A DNA stretch of 64,000 nt from Botryllus schlosseri (taxonomy: Eukaryota), in contig CM119386.1 in assembly GCA_051294905.1 (NCBI GenBank), forward strand, positions 4,216,001-4,280,000. Direction: 5' to 3'. The position numbers and the translations under genes were made by a program. The notes under the pieces are model-generated. The model was not told where the DNA came from and searched no databases. It saw nothing but the letters and a program-made list of their open reading frames with translations. This document shows positions 1 to 12,890 of the stretch, piece by piece; the stretch's first letter is position 1; each line of letters opens with the position of its first letter.

Positions 1-1177
1 CGTAATAACGGTGCACTCGAGAAAAGATGGAGCAAACAAATTGCGATGCATTGCTAACTTAGAGAACCCGTTCTCTCAATATGTGCCAGCACATGTTGGA
101 TTATCTACCAAGTGCTTACCGTTGCCATTAGGGTTCCATTTAAAACGAAGGGTGTTTTGAAACACGTGTTTAAAAACAGTGTTTTAAAAAATGCAATTAA
201 AAAAGTTGCATTATTATGCCATAATTGCGTAAAACATGCAGGAGCCTACGGAGGATTTGGACCCGATGTAGTCGACGTATCCGATATGGGATGGCTCGAA
301 CCCTCGAAATCGATGCCGGTTCAACAGTTATAGCAAGTAGATATAGATCATTGATATGAAATAGTGTTCTGATGATGCTGACAGCCGACCACAAAAATGC
401 TGCATGACGATGTAGTCCTGGCTAAAGATATTTTTGGTCCGTTTATGACAGGAGTCGGAAGGCTTTTTCGTCAAAGGATCCATGTTTACCCTGCATTTTC
501 AATTGTCGAGTTCAATCTGCTATGATGTCACAATTAAAGATTCGTGACGTCAGAGCTGAAAAAAGTAAAACATGTTTCAGACAACGGCCTTGCTTTAAAC
601 ATGTTTATTTTATATTGATTTTTGTTTTGAATACAGCCCTAGTCGGAATACTTTTGAGCCATGGCCTGATTGTATTCGAAAGTCCGCAGATTATTTTGCT
701 GCGACTTCAAAATATAGGATTTGATTCGGTCCTGTAACCGTAGGGTGGTTCGGAAAGCTTTGTAAATAAATATGAATATATTATTATTCAAATGCATTAT
801 GAGGTGCTGTAGGCCTACTCCTAAGCATCTCTTAGTATTACAGTATTATTTTAATTTCCAATTTGCCTTTGCGAATTTTCCTAAATCTCGTTTCAGGATG
901 ACCACCGGTAATATTTGGGGTGTTGGTTTATTAACATAACCATAGAATGACAGTGCACACATCAGCTCAATGCTCAATGTTTAATTCTGGGATTGTGACG
1001 TTGTTTTGTAGGTAACGTCACAATATGTCCATAACAGTGTTTCGTGGCATAGTTTTATTTCCAGTTTTATGACTGCCTACCTGGCTGACGCCAAAATGCC
1101 GGTGCTAGTTTTGCGCCCACAGGCTTCACACCTATAGACCTAAGCTTCCCATGCAGCGGCTCCAAGTGATACTATGA

Positions 1178-2094
1178 CAGTGGTCGGGAACCTATGGCTT
1201 GCGAGCCATATATGGCTCTTTTGGGTATAAGACATGGCTCTTTGCCAAATATTTATTTTTGTGTTGAATTGATCAATATTGCAACGAGTAGTTGGTAAAT
1301 GTTAATCACGGCCAAAATAATTATTCTCGTGGCAGTACAAACATGTATTTGAGAGGTAAAGACAATGTTGTCTTCAAGTTTAGGGGCTCGGACCCTCTCT
1401 TTTCAAAATCACCAAATTTAAGTTACTGTCACGCCGGCGATCAATATCACTCGCGAATTCTATCTACCCGACTCGAACTCTTGAATTGTGCGATACGTTG
1501 ATTAATCAAAGAGCATAGCAGACACGGCAGCGCCCATTTCAAAACGCAGTTTTCAAATACGCATTGTCTTCCTGATCTAAGTCGCAAAATGAACTGTTGT
1601 GAATGTGACAATTACAAACTCGAATTACACACAACGTCATAGCTATCCACGTTCTTGATCGGTAAGTATAGCTCTGTGTAGTGCCGGCGATAAAATGTAG
1701 GCGTGTAGCGCAACGTTATGTTACCGCCGAATACTTTGAGAAGTCGATAAGTATATAGATTTTCGTAATCAGTGTGACAGTCACATTCGATTAATATCAG
1801 TTGAAATAAATTCTAAGCTACATATGAATTGCGTTATCAAGGGTGAGGCTTGGCCCGTCTGTTCTATACCTCTCGTTTTGACCTTTATTTCCGAACAATA
1901 AATACCAGATTTTACTCAGAAAATATGGCGCACACGAGGAATCCCATGTAGTGAGTTCGAATTAGTGCTACCATGACGTCATAAATTTTCAATTGTGACG
2001 TAACAGTTGATTGGCATGTATAGCTCTTTGGGAGTTGAGGTGGAAAAAATAGGGCCATTATGGCTCTTCGGACAAAAAAGGTTCCCGACCACTG
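1178..2094. mobile_element. Non-autonomous hAT-type DNA transposon
   Basis: 16-bp TIRs CAGTGGTCGGGAACCT / AGGTTCCCGACCACTG; 8-bp TSD TACTATGA / TACCATGA (1 mismatch). Confidence 0.85.
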
Positions 2095-2582
2095 TACCAT
2101 GACTATATTGGACTCAATTCTATAACTTATGCGTGTTATTAATGGGAGCTGGTAACTCTATTAAAATCAAGAAATGTGCTCGCACTAATTCGCGCGAAGC
2201 CTAATGAAAATTTTAAGTTGAATGAACCTACGTTCGCGATTATCAATAACTCATTTCGAAAATTACCGCGTGGGTCATCGATTGGCTACCCCCGTATTAG
2301 ATCTGCTTGTTTAGTCATACATAGAAATTTCATCATGAAGGGATGAGTTATTCTACCAGAAGAAGAGTTTTCATTTAGGTTGTCAAACATAACATTATAA
2401 AAAGGCATATCTTGCTGAAGTACCATCTCATAAATTGCTTTAAATTCTTTGTCAATGTTACAAGCTAGTCTTACCATCCCCTCCGCCGACTCGCTTTCGC
2501 ATTTTTAGATCGCATACTTTAATTCGAGTGTGTCAATCACATCTCCCGGTGATTTAAAATAAGCTAAGACAGCCGATGATAT

Positions 2583-2830
2583 CTGAGTTGGCAAACGTGG
2601 GCAATATCGCCCCCCTGTGGGCGAATTCGAGAAACTAGGGGGAAATACCAAAGGGGGCGATTGAAGGGCGATGGGGGGCGAAAATCTTAGAACGTCCAAT
2701 GAGATACATTTATTCAACACGGCCAAAAATGCACGTGACGGCGGCTTATTCTGTGTATGACGCGAGAATTGGCTAAAACAAAAGATCAACGTAAAGTAGT
2801 CGCGGAAACCGATTTTTTGTTTTAAATTGA
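2583..2830 (+). mobile_element. Partial left end of the hAT family found at 19802-20815
   Basis: Colinear similarity to 19802-20030 (e.g. CAAAGGGGGCGATTG, GGGGCGAAAAT..TAGAACGTCCA, GCGGAAACCGATTTT). Confidence 0.7.
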
Positions 2831-3070
2831 ATTTTGTGTTGAATGCAACGCTAGTTATCCGTCACTTTGCCTTGGTCGCTAAGATACATCCTTCAATTTC
2901 TGAAGTAAACCAACCTCCGTTTAATCGCTAAAACTGGACGATCCCTCGACCAAATCTGCTTTTTCAAACTATTTACTTCATTAACTTGAGTATCATACAA
3001 ACATACTTTAATTTTTTACTTCTATACTTGAAAGTCTTGACTTGTTTTATCTTGGAAATCACTACCAGAC

Positions 3071-3925
3071 CATGGTTCTCAAAGAATTCAGCATTCTCAA
3101 GGATTCATTCTTAAACATTTTCAGGGGGGCTGCGAAACCTCTAAATTTGCAAAATGATCGATAATCCAATTTGCAAATTTTTAAACTAGGAAAAGTATGA
3201 GGCAGTTTTGCTTGGTAACTGCTAAAACTTCAGGACTCACATCACCAGAATGGTCGTCTGAGATGAAATATCCTACTGTGCAAGCTCATATTAATTGCCA
3301 ATAGCCTACTGATACAAACATATTGTTATTTGAAGACGTTTTGTTGGGGTTTGTGGGCAAAATAAAAAGTTGGAGATAGTAAGGCCAATCAGGATGCCTT
3401 CGAAATGTTAGCAAAACATTTTGTATTTGAAGTACTCAGTCTCAGCAATTTATTAAACAGTCGTTTGAAAAATGAACTTTTAATCCCAATCTGTTCCAAT
3501 GAATGGATTGAAACCTTGCTACAAAATCCGTTTTCGCCTGCGCTAAACATAACCACAATTCCAGAATGACTTCAAGATGGGATGGTAATAGACAGAAATG
3601 AATATAGGTTGGACTTGGTCACAGTTTCTTAATTTTGGTTCCATATATCTTGCAATCACACCAAACGGCGTCCTCGAAAGCGGACGAGTTAATACTATAC
3701 ATTCGCCACCACCGATGTTTGTGGAAATGGATATTCGGCACTCGTTTACAGCTGCACAATTCGCTTTGAAATAATAAAAGTATGCCCAATTTTTACATAT
3801 ATAGTATGATGTTATTTTGAAGAAAAGTCATGTTACTGACAGTTGGACGATACTTGAGCTAAATTTGAACTGAAACTTGGGGGGTCTGCGGGGGTCCGTG
3901 AAGACAAAAGGGTTGAGAACCACTG
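3071..3925 (-). mobile_element. Non-autonomous hAT-type element, inverted relative of 29240-30230
   Basis: Ends CATGGTTCTCAA / TTGAGAACCACTG; reverse complement aligns with 29240-30190 (CTTCACGGACCCC, CCACAAACCCCAACAAAA, TGTTTGTATCAGTAGG, TTGCAAATTTAGAGG). TSD not convincing. Confidence 0.75.
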
Positions 3926-4041
3926 GTTTAGACTAAGTGAAGCTGAAAAATCTCAGGAGTCAATCTTTTGGTAATATCATGCGATATGCGAATATTTGCA
4001 AGGGTAATTATCTTATTGGGTAACTTTTAAGCGGAACAGTG

Positions 4042-4070
4042 GGATTCTACCTCCGTCGGAGGTAGGATCC
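4042..4070. repeat. Near-perfect 29-bp palindrome
   Basis: GGATTCTACCTCCG-T-CGGAGGTAGGATCC: 14-bp arms, one T/G mismatch, 1-nt centre. Confidence 0.85.
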
Positions 4071-5009
4071 GAACTTATATCGTAAAATGATTCGTGCCTA
4101 AAGCCGGACTCTTAAGTATCACTGCAACGAAAGCCGCTGCTATATGCCCATTAATATTAAAATGAATAAAAATTGTGTTTTAGCAACTGCCTCCATTATA
4201 TTAACATATGGGTACGAATTAGTTCCTGCTCACGGCCAATCTGAAATTTGCTGTAAATGATCTACATTCGTCCAATGGAACAACGATCACTTTGAAATGA
4301 CTTTGAACACGACCGCATTGTGGCGACTTCCGGTATTATTTTTCGTGTTCTAGGTCAGGGTATATATGCGTGGTTGAAAGAACAATACAAGTCGTGTCGA
4401 CTCCTTCCTAACGTTATATCACAATCTTTCGGTGTTACAAATTGATTAGAAATAACAATAAACGAATCAATGAATTACGATTAGCATGGAATCCCCGTTT
4501 ACGATGCCAATGGTAACTTAACAAGTGTTACACACGTAGTACTGACTGTATGTCCCTATTTCTTACAATAAACATGCACATTTCAGCGCAGTGAGAATGC
4601 AAAAAAAGAAGTATTAAACATGCAAATTTCGAGAGGCCCTATTTCAGTCTTCCCATTAATAATTAATTATTGCTTTACCATTGGCAGAAAATAATTACTA
4701 ACAAATAACCAGCCGTGGCATGCGACATCAGCGGCACGTGTGTGATGGTTTGCCTATGTCGCACGTTTGAATAAAAATCGATTTTCGCTTCCGAAAATCG
4801 CACGCTTTGGGTCCTTGCCGGTTGTAAACTAGCGACAATTAAATGGAAACGACTCATGTAGGAACACGAGCCATGTCGCATGGGAATGGTCGCAACGTGT
4901 CTGCGTGATTGCGCAATAAAGCGAAATATCTGGTCATTCTCAACTGCACTAATGCACATAGATGGTACGCGAGTACGCTTGTACGCGAAATATACCTATA
5001 CATACTACA

Positions 5010-5500
5010 CAATGTTCCCTCTTAGCTGCGCAAGTGCACAGTACTGACACCGTCTCTGCGCACAGAAAGTCTAAGTTGCGCACAAAAAATCCGAAGTGAT
5101 GACCTTTTTTTAGTCGTTACGCACTGTTGTTCAAGTCTCTGCGCAGTAAGTTGGTGAGTGTGCGCAGACTCTTCATGAATTAGAGCAGGGGTTCTCAACC
5201 TGGGGGGCGTGAAACATCTGAAGGGGGCGCGAAGAAGCGGTCACCTGATACAATATTTCGCGCTTCGCGCGATTTACCTCCAATGCACGCATGTTTCTCT
5301 CTATATAGACCCAATTTCATATTTTTTACTCTCTCATAAACATTCATAACCTTCCATACCACCAAACAATTGGTTGAGGTTGCTAGCATCCCAGTGGGAT
5401 TTTGTGATATGACGATAAGGGGGGCGCGAAATTCTTCACCATCAAAAAGGGGGGCGTGTCTAAAAAAAGGTTGAGAACCACTGAATTAGAGGAAACATTG
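5010..5500. mobile_element. CAATGTTCC-family MITE interrupted by a second MITE
   Basis: TIRs CAATGTTCCCTC / GAGGAAACATTG; TSD ATACTACA / ATTCTACA; internal similarity to 28972-29118 (CCTTTTTTTAGTCGTTACGCACTGTTGT). Confidence 0.8.
5186..5483. mobile_element. hAT MITE nested in the 5010-5500 element
   Basis: TIRs CAGGGGTTCTCAACC / GGTTGAGAACCACTG; perfect TSD AATTAGAG. Confidence 0.9.
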
Positions 5501-6316
5501 ATTCTACATTCTATAGAACCAGTCTGAACCGACTGAATCCGACCAGTGCTCACAGTTGTCAACTCCAGATGCAGACGTTCTAGTTTATTTCGCGACCAAA
5601 CGCAGAAATGGCTGTAGAGTTGTTCAGATTAATGCTCTGAAGTATTGGAAATATGCCTCGCTAGATACTCTCGCACATTTAAGTTCCCATTCTTGTTTTG
5701 AGTAGCAAACTTTAATCGTAATTACACTCTGGGTAGGTTATGATTCTGGAAAGTTCACCGATCAGCAAAATTTGTTTTCAAATTTTACTGGTCAGCAAAC
5801 TGAAAAGGTTAAGACCGCTGCTAGAGGCTACGCTATCCCTTCAATCGAAATATTATTAACGGGTCCTCGGTTTTCGCCATATTAACGTTTCAGCAGATTC
5901 ATCGAACACATATTCAACACAGTAGATACACTAATTGTGTCAGTGCGCGTGGGGTTGGAATCTTAGCTGGTATAGCTTATAATGAAGGATTAGGTATCGA
6001 TCGTTGTGATTTACTCCAAGTCAGTGGCGTTGACCGTTACTATAGCCTGGGGAACACTAATGCCAATCTGCAAGCCTTCTGGAACACCAAATTTTCGTTG
6101 AGTCTTAAAATAAATCTGCCGCGATATACATCTAACTACACAATGCCCCCAACACATCTCAAACACTACTATAGACCAATTGCTTCATTGCAAATGAGCT
6201 GCGTATGCCGCTGCACACGACGTATCCTACCACCACACCAGTGTGACCAGTCACAATTCGAGTACTGATCAGGCCATAATTGCAATCAATGATTGCTACG
6301 ATGGGCGTGTCATCAC

Positions 6317-6713
6317 TAGGGCAAGTTTTTGTTGCAGTTAAATCCGTGGAAAGTTGCATTTATTCATTTATTTTCGAAAAAAGTTGCAGAAGTTGCATTT
6401 CGACCCCATTTTGCTCGGTTGACTAAAAAAGAGGTCAATTTTCCGGCTCAGCTCCCGAAATACCCGTAAAAGCGTTACTCCGGTGCTGATTTACGGTGTT
6501 TCAGTCGAATTTGGCCGTGTGTTTCACCAAAATCGAAAATATTTTCATGAAAAATCGAAAAAGTTTCATGAAAAACATCGACAAAAGTTGCAAAAAGTTG
6601 CACTATAAGATTCCTCCAAACAGCTTAAAACAGCATTCTACATATCTTACGAGTATTTAGGAAGCTGCCGCAAGCTGTAAAAAAAGTTGTAAAAGTTGCA
6701 AAAACTTGCCCTA
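6317..6713 (+). mobile_element. TAGGGCAAG-family hAT MITE
   Basis: TIRs TAGGGCAAGTTTTTG / CAAAAACTTGCCCTA; many AAAGTTGCA subterminal repeats; perfect TSD GTCATCAC. Confidence 0.92.
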
Positions 6714-7460
6714 GTCATCACAATTCATGTGTATCGGTTGAGTGTATGTCTTGACCTCCAGGGAACCCCTGTCATTGGCCCAGGAAATCAGGGCTCTCGG
6801 GACCACCGGTTTAGAACCGCTGCCGTAAGTATAGGTGCACTGCACACTGCACAGTGAACACTGCCCAGCTGCCCAAGAGTTGAGTGTGTGACGTTTGTGA
6901 GTTTGTGTACGGGCTGCATGCAAGTCCGTGTGCAAACGCATAGTTATTGTCGTGTCAAGACCGCGGCCATGAATTGATGATGTGAAGTTAAATTACCGCT
7001 CAACTATCGACACTCTACAGTTCACGCGCTCAAGCCACGTGCAACGGTGCTTGTGCAACTAAATTTTGCATTGACGTGCCGTTGCAGATTGTACATTGTG
7101 CAAGCAAGCTAACGGCTGGGACATTCTCTCGTTTCGTGACATTAGATTACAGCCGACTATAATCCGATCAAGATAAATTACGCGGCCCCACGATCGTAGA
7201 TGATCGACAAGTTTAGTCACCGACGTCAGTGATGACGAAGAAGAAAATAAAACATCGAGACAAAGCCCAGCTGTTGTACAAGACATCCTAATTACCAATG
7301 CTTTATGGCCGCGGTCGGCAACCTGTTATTCCTCCGCGGATCGGTTTCAAATATGAAATTGTATTCACGGACATGTCTTCAAAAACGCAAATGTGCAACA
7401 TTGAAAACTTATATTGCAGCTCATACACTATAAGTTCGTTATTCAGTGTGATGTGATAAG

Positions 7461-7956
7461 TAGGGCGATTTTTTCTGACTTAAAAAATCATAATTTTGAC
7501 CTTGACCTTGACCCTTTTTTGACCTTGAAAAACTTAATTTTGACAAAATTTTGCCCTCACGTATGTAGATTAGATGTTTTCCCACAAAATCTTAGAATTG
7601 TACTGCTTATCTTCATTTTCGGTTGGAACTGTCTGTCAACAATTTTTCATCATGCGCTTGTTGATGTACAAACCAATGTCCATTGCCCATGCAGACTTGC
7701 TTCAGTTAGGATATTGCGGTACGTTGAGCATAACACCATGCCAACCTATCTGTTTCATTTGGCCGTATATGATTCACAATGAGCAGACAATGAGCCGTCA
7801 ACAACGGTAGGCCGGTAAATTGGGCTACAAGCTGTAAAATGTCAATGATGAGTTCACCCACAGTAACTTTGTAAACAATTTTGACATTTTTTTACCTAAC
7901 TGCTACAATTTCGACAGCATTTTGACTTTTTTGCATGTCAACAAAATATCGCCCTA
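7461..7956. mobile_element. TAGGGCGAT-family hAT MITE
   Basis: TIRs TAGGGCGAT.TTTT / AAAATATCGCCCTA; TTTTGAC subterminal repeats; perfect TSD GTGATAAG. Confidence 0.88.
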
Positions 7957-8536
7957 GTGATAAGTCGACAACACGCGCGCGGATCATGTTACAACCCAGC
8001 AGGGGATCTGGTCATTTCAGGTTCAAATAAGTATGCGCGACTTCGGCGTGTAAGATCTAACATATCAAAATATCCAAGGTGGAATAGGTTATGTAATGAA
8101 CGGTACAGCAATTTGCTGTGCTCCAGTTGATTTAACCGAGTAACGACTGCCCAGTGCCCGTCTTTCTGATCTATTGATATCCCGGGCCAACAGCACTTCT
8201 ACTAATTGTCCTATGTATAATTCGCGCAAATTAATTATATATCTTTCGTGTCTGTCTATTGTTCAATGTTCACATTGCGAGTTTTGCAGATCGGAAATAA
8301 TTGCGCTACGTGTTTTCACTCTCGAACCAAGACGATATCTAGAAATCGTCAACCACGGTAGATAGTGTAGCAATCTTGTTGTGTTGAGCGTGTGCAACAC
8401 AATCGTTAATGACTGCAAGCCCTGCTCACAGTTCTCAGGCATTCTGTCAGGCTTGATTTTGGATTCGGGAAAATGAGGTATCAAATCATGCCTGCGCCAC
8501 TAACACACGTTTCGAATGAAGATATTAAGTGATTAG

Positions 8537-9077
8537 TAGGGCAAGTTTTTGTTGCAGTTAAATCCGTGGAAAGTTGCATTTGTTTTTCATGAAAGCTGCA
8601 GTAAAAAGTTGCATTTATTTTTTAGCAGAAGTTGCACTAAAAGACCACATTTTGGTCGGTTGACTAAAAAAAGGTCCCAGTTCCACTCCCGAAATACAGT
8701 TTTCCATCCACATTCTCCATTGGTTGACTACAAAAAAAGATCAACTTTCCGGCTCAGCTCCCGAAATACATGTTAGAGCGATACTTCAGTGCTGATTTAC
8801 GGTATTTCAGTCGAATTTGGCCGTGTATTTCATCAAAATTTTCAAAAAAGTGACATAATCAAGCGATCTATTTACATATACTGCCAAATATTTCCAATAA
8901 AAAGTTGTTTGCATGAAAAATTGAAAAAATATTCATGAAAAACCGAAAAAGTTGCAAAAAGTTGCACTATAAGATTCCTTCAAACAGATTAAAACAGCAT
9001 TCTACATAACTTCCGAGTATTTAGCAAGCTGCAGGAAGCTGTAAAAAAAATTGCAAAAGTGGCAAAAACTTGCCCCA
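8537..9077 (+). mobile_element. TAGGGCAAG-family hAT MITE
   Basis: Colinear with 6317-6713; right end CAAAAACTTGCCCCA; perfect TSD GTGATTAG. Confidence 0.92.
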
Positions 9078-9735
9078 GTGATTAGCTTTGGCTTGATTAG
9101 CTTGACTGCTGAAATGATTACTTCTGAACCTTCACTTAACTTTGAAAAGCACTGGAACTTTTCGCGGACCAGCGATTGCCGGCCACCACTTTATAGCAGG
9201 CATGTGACATTCGAAAGTCGGAATTTGGAGACTTCTGGTCGATTTAACCTACAGGAATCAAGCTCGGTCATTACACCACAACGTGAGTTTTAACAAGTAC
9301 AAATATGGTACTTATTCAAATGAATGCTGTGCGATATTGAACGATGATAATTGATAAAGTCTAGTGCGTTGGATGAGTTTTACCTAAACATTCGAATTCG
9401 CTATATATAGTAGATCTGACTCCGGGTCAAGCCACCATACAGACATCTTCGCCCGTCGGTAGGCCATTGCCGTAATGCCCACATTAACGCAATTGGCGCT
9501 TGTTGAGTTGGTTCACTTGAGACGAGAAATTCTATTCGATCGTCCTATAGTGGGCGAATTCCATCCAATTACAGGATAAGGAATAAAGCCAACAGTTGGG
9601 ACATAGCCTATAGAGCTTCGTAATTTAATTTATTCGCAAAATCCTCCGGGAATTCAGCTTCGCGCCAGATAAGATGGCGATATTGATTTGAAAAGTCAAA
9701 CAGTTTCATTGTCAAACACTCACTATAAAACCTAC

Positions 9736-10449
9736 CTTTTTAGGATATCGTTGCCGATAATAGCGAGACTTTCGTTTCGGGAGAAGGGAATTATTCCCAG
9801 CGGAAGATTTATCTCCGTTGTTAACAACAATATCCCGCGATGGCACAACAGACAATGAATTTGGTGCGTGCTCAAACAGCTCTTCTACAGTGTTCGTGAG
9901 CTCCGAAATGTCAAAGGCACTGTTACGTTCTAAATTGCTATAACCGATGCATGATTTCTTCGAGTCCTGCGTCACCGAAGAATCGTCGACGTAGTCCGAT
10001 TTCGCATGAAGCTCGTTACGAGATTGATCATTGTGTATAGTTATACACGCAATACATGGCATGCCATTGGTGACGGGCCTACAGTTGGTAAATTGTTGGT
10101 GGTCGCTGCCTCTGTTCAATTGTGACCCTTTCCTGAGAACTTTACATTGTTTCAAGTTATTCCCCGCGGATACACCACTATTGCCACAAGCAATATGATG
10201 CATGTGACAAACAGGAGCTCGATAATTTGGGCAAGTCTTTGAAGACATGGACGTTGCTGTTGAATTGGAAGAATGCAGAGGGCACATTGGCCGGAAGGCT
10301 GTATTTCCATATTGACTGCTGCATGCTGACCCCGGTAATTTCCAGTTTCTCATAACTGCTATATCTCCGCGACCCGTCGAACGTTGATCTTCGAAAGACT
10401 GGATAGCGATACATTCCCCATTACAATGTTTTCCACATGTAAGCTCCAT
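9736..10449 (-). CDS. Probable coding exon of an unidentified Cys/Ser-rich protein
   Basis: ATG-initiated 245-codon ORF in repeat-free sequence; phase-0 donor AAAAAG|GTAGGT at 9736/9735 just before the stop. No recognisable domain; downstream exons not resolved. Confidence 0.5.
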
Positions 10450-12363
10450 TTCTATACGAGTTTAACGAAGACTCACGCATCAGCAGACAGCTAAGGCAAC
10501 TTAACCGACCGCGCGTCTAATTATATCAAGATGCAGATAAAATTAATATTTTTAAGAAGCACAACCCTGCTGTTAAGAAAGAATTGTTTGGATAACTGAT
10601 CTCAACTGTTCTTCACAGTGTGGGCTTTTATTACTCGCGAGGCAAACTATCCAAGGACTTCAATAAATCAATACCAAGGTAATGAATTTCATAGGTTGGG
10701 GGCGTTAGTGATCGTAGTCTCTTGACAACTCGTCAGCAAAGTGCAACTTTTTCTCCTGGCATATTACGTAACTTCTGCATAGGCCTTATATAATTTTTCT
10801 CAAGAATCTACGAACAATGTCCGCGTTCTTTACAAGCTTCGTAATTACATGTTTTGTCTCATGTATTTTCAGTAAAACACTTGACTCCTAGTACGAGCTT
10901 GGAGGCCCGTCTGAAACCAGACTGGATTTGCCCTGCATATAATATATAGTCCTTATAACGCTTTACAACGTTTGTCTTATAAGCTAGCGCCATGGATATC
11001 GATTTCATCTATATAGCTCCTACCAAAGCGTATACCAGTCATCTTTAATCGCTAGCTCATTTTTATGGTATTCTTATATTTTGCATTCAGAATTCTGCCT
11101 GTTACAAAAACATATTTCTTAATATATTTAGATATTTCTATTCAAAAGCTGGGGAGTTATTCGAGACTTGCGCAAGTCGCATATAGTTATGGTTTATTCC
11201 TATCTTTTCGTAGTAGGTCAAGGCCTATTGGCGTATTGCAATTTTGTGATGTTTTGAACGGAGCGAAATGTAATCAATGAATAATCCAGAAGCCTATTTG
11301 ATGCTTGTCTATTCTCGAATTCGTTCGACTTGATTCTGCTGGATTGCTCGTGACTGTTTTAATGGTTCCTCGATTAATACAACAAAGTAATGCTATCAAT
11401 AATGCATGAAACTGGGATTGAGGAATTGTAATGTCAGGAGTCCGCGCAAAGCGTGCGTTGCATATTGACATGAACTGCTTCTACAATATCTGAGCCTATA
11501 ACTCATCAAAATTAATTATTGGCCCTCGCTGTGATGTAGGCGCATACGAACGCACGTCGAGGAGTGACACAAGTATGTATTGAATCGGATGGACGACTTT
11601 CAATTGTGGGCCGATACATCAAATCCGTTATCAAAACTAATATGTCTGGATTTTTCAGATCAAGGAATTTGGGATATTGCTAGTATTATGCTGGGATAAT
11701 GCCTTGTTGGTACGGAACTTGAGAATTACAACTAAAATGTATAATGCTACATGTATTCACTCCGAGTCAGGGGTTCTCACTTTTTTCAAGTATCCGAACC
11801 CCAAATGCTCCATACATGTACTAGAGAAACTATTTGTAGTGCACAAAATACCACATACTTGTTTTCGATAATCTTATAGTTGGCGATCCATAATAATAAG
11901 ATAAAACCGTACCTAATCGAATCACACTGACTCCCAAAATGCGAATTCTAATGTGCACTGGACAGTGCATTCGAAAGCTCACAATATCGCATTCGAAGAT
12001 GAAAATTGGTCATGTACAGGCCGTGTTATTTTTGGCATATGCCAAAACTGCCAAAAATAACTTATTTTTGGCATTTTTCGATTTTTATTTTTGGCAGTTT
12101 TGGCATAGTCCTCTAAATAGATAGTTTCAGCCTGGAATTAGTCACAAAAACGTTTTATTTGGGCCAGTTTGTCAAAAGACACCACAAAATTTGCAGCATC
12201 CGCGTATAATCAGTGCCTACAAACAATAAGAAGAAAAAAACCTAACGATTTCATAGGTTAATAATATCAAACGAAACCACAAAATGTACAGTATCCATTG
12301 GAATCGATACCAATAAGCAAAAAAAGAAAGAAAAGCCTAACAAACACGCTCAACAGCTGATTG

Positions 12364-12800
12364 TTACAGCTTTTGAATAGACTTAAATCGCTTGCACTGT
12401 AACAGTGCTTCCAAACTCAGGTCAGCCAAGTTTCTCCTGAATTAATTTCTCGCCCAGCGAATCTGGGAAATTACGGCTTCAACAGTAGCCGTTGAGGGAA
12501 AGAATGTTGCCAGTGATCCACAAAAGGTTTTCAGAGCTTCAAAATCTTTGGAGGGCCGAACCGGCTTCCATGCATCATGAAAATAGATCACTTCGCCAGT
12601 GCCATCGATCTCATCGCGGAAAGAATTTTCTTCCCGATCCTTTTCCAGGAGTTTCCTGTGTTGTCTCTTAACACATTCTATTTAGTAGCCCGACTATCGT
12701 TTCTCTTTCAGTCTACCGATATATTTTCGGAGGACTTTTGTCACTTCAGGTGGCTTTAATATTACCAACTCGCATGGAAGAGTCCTGGGAAGGTTAGCTA
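12364..12800 (-). pseudogene. hAT-like transposase C-terminal remnant
   Basis: Manual translation with stops and one frameshift: LPRTLPCELVILKPPE...IECVKRQHRKLLEKDREE...FHDAW.../FCGSLATFFPSTATVEAVISQIRWARN*FRRNLADLSLEALLQCKRFKSIQKL*. This resembles the hAT dimerisation-region pattern F-P-x-T-A-T-V-E...R-x-x-L-x-D-x-S-L-E (recalled, not searched). Confidence 0.7.
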
Positions 12801-12806
12801 TTTTAA

Positions 12807-12890
12807 GAACATTGACGCAACAAGACTGTCTGGCAAAACGAGACTATGCAGCTCAGAAATAGCCAGACAGTTTGTTGCGTCACAATGTTC
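12807..12890. repeat. About 84-nt foldback hairpin (tiny MITE-like)
   Basis: Arms GAACATTGACGCAACAAGACTGTCTGGC and GCCAGACAGTTTGTTGCGTCACAATGTTC around a 27-nt spacer. Confidence 0.75.

Noticed and set aside
992-1024. 11-bp hairpin ATTGTGACGTT / AACGTCACAAT as a terminator or Helitron end
   Set aside because: Eukaryotic context, no U-tract or CTRR, and a short match plausible by chance.
6960-7318. 12-bp inverted repeat GACCGCGGCCAT / ATGGCCGCGGTC as MITE ends
   Set aside because: No TSD, and the right arm overlaps what looks like a separate hAT left end (GCGGTCGGCAACCT).
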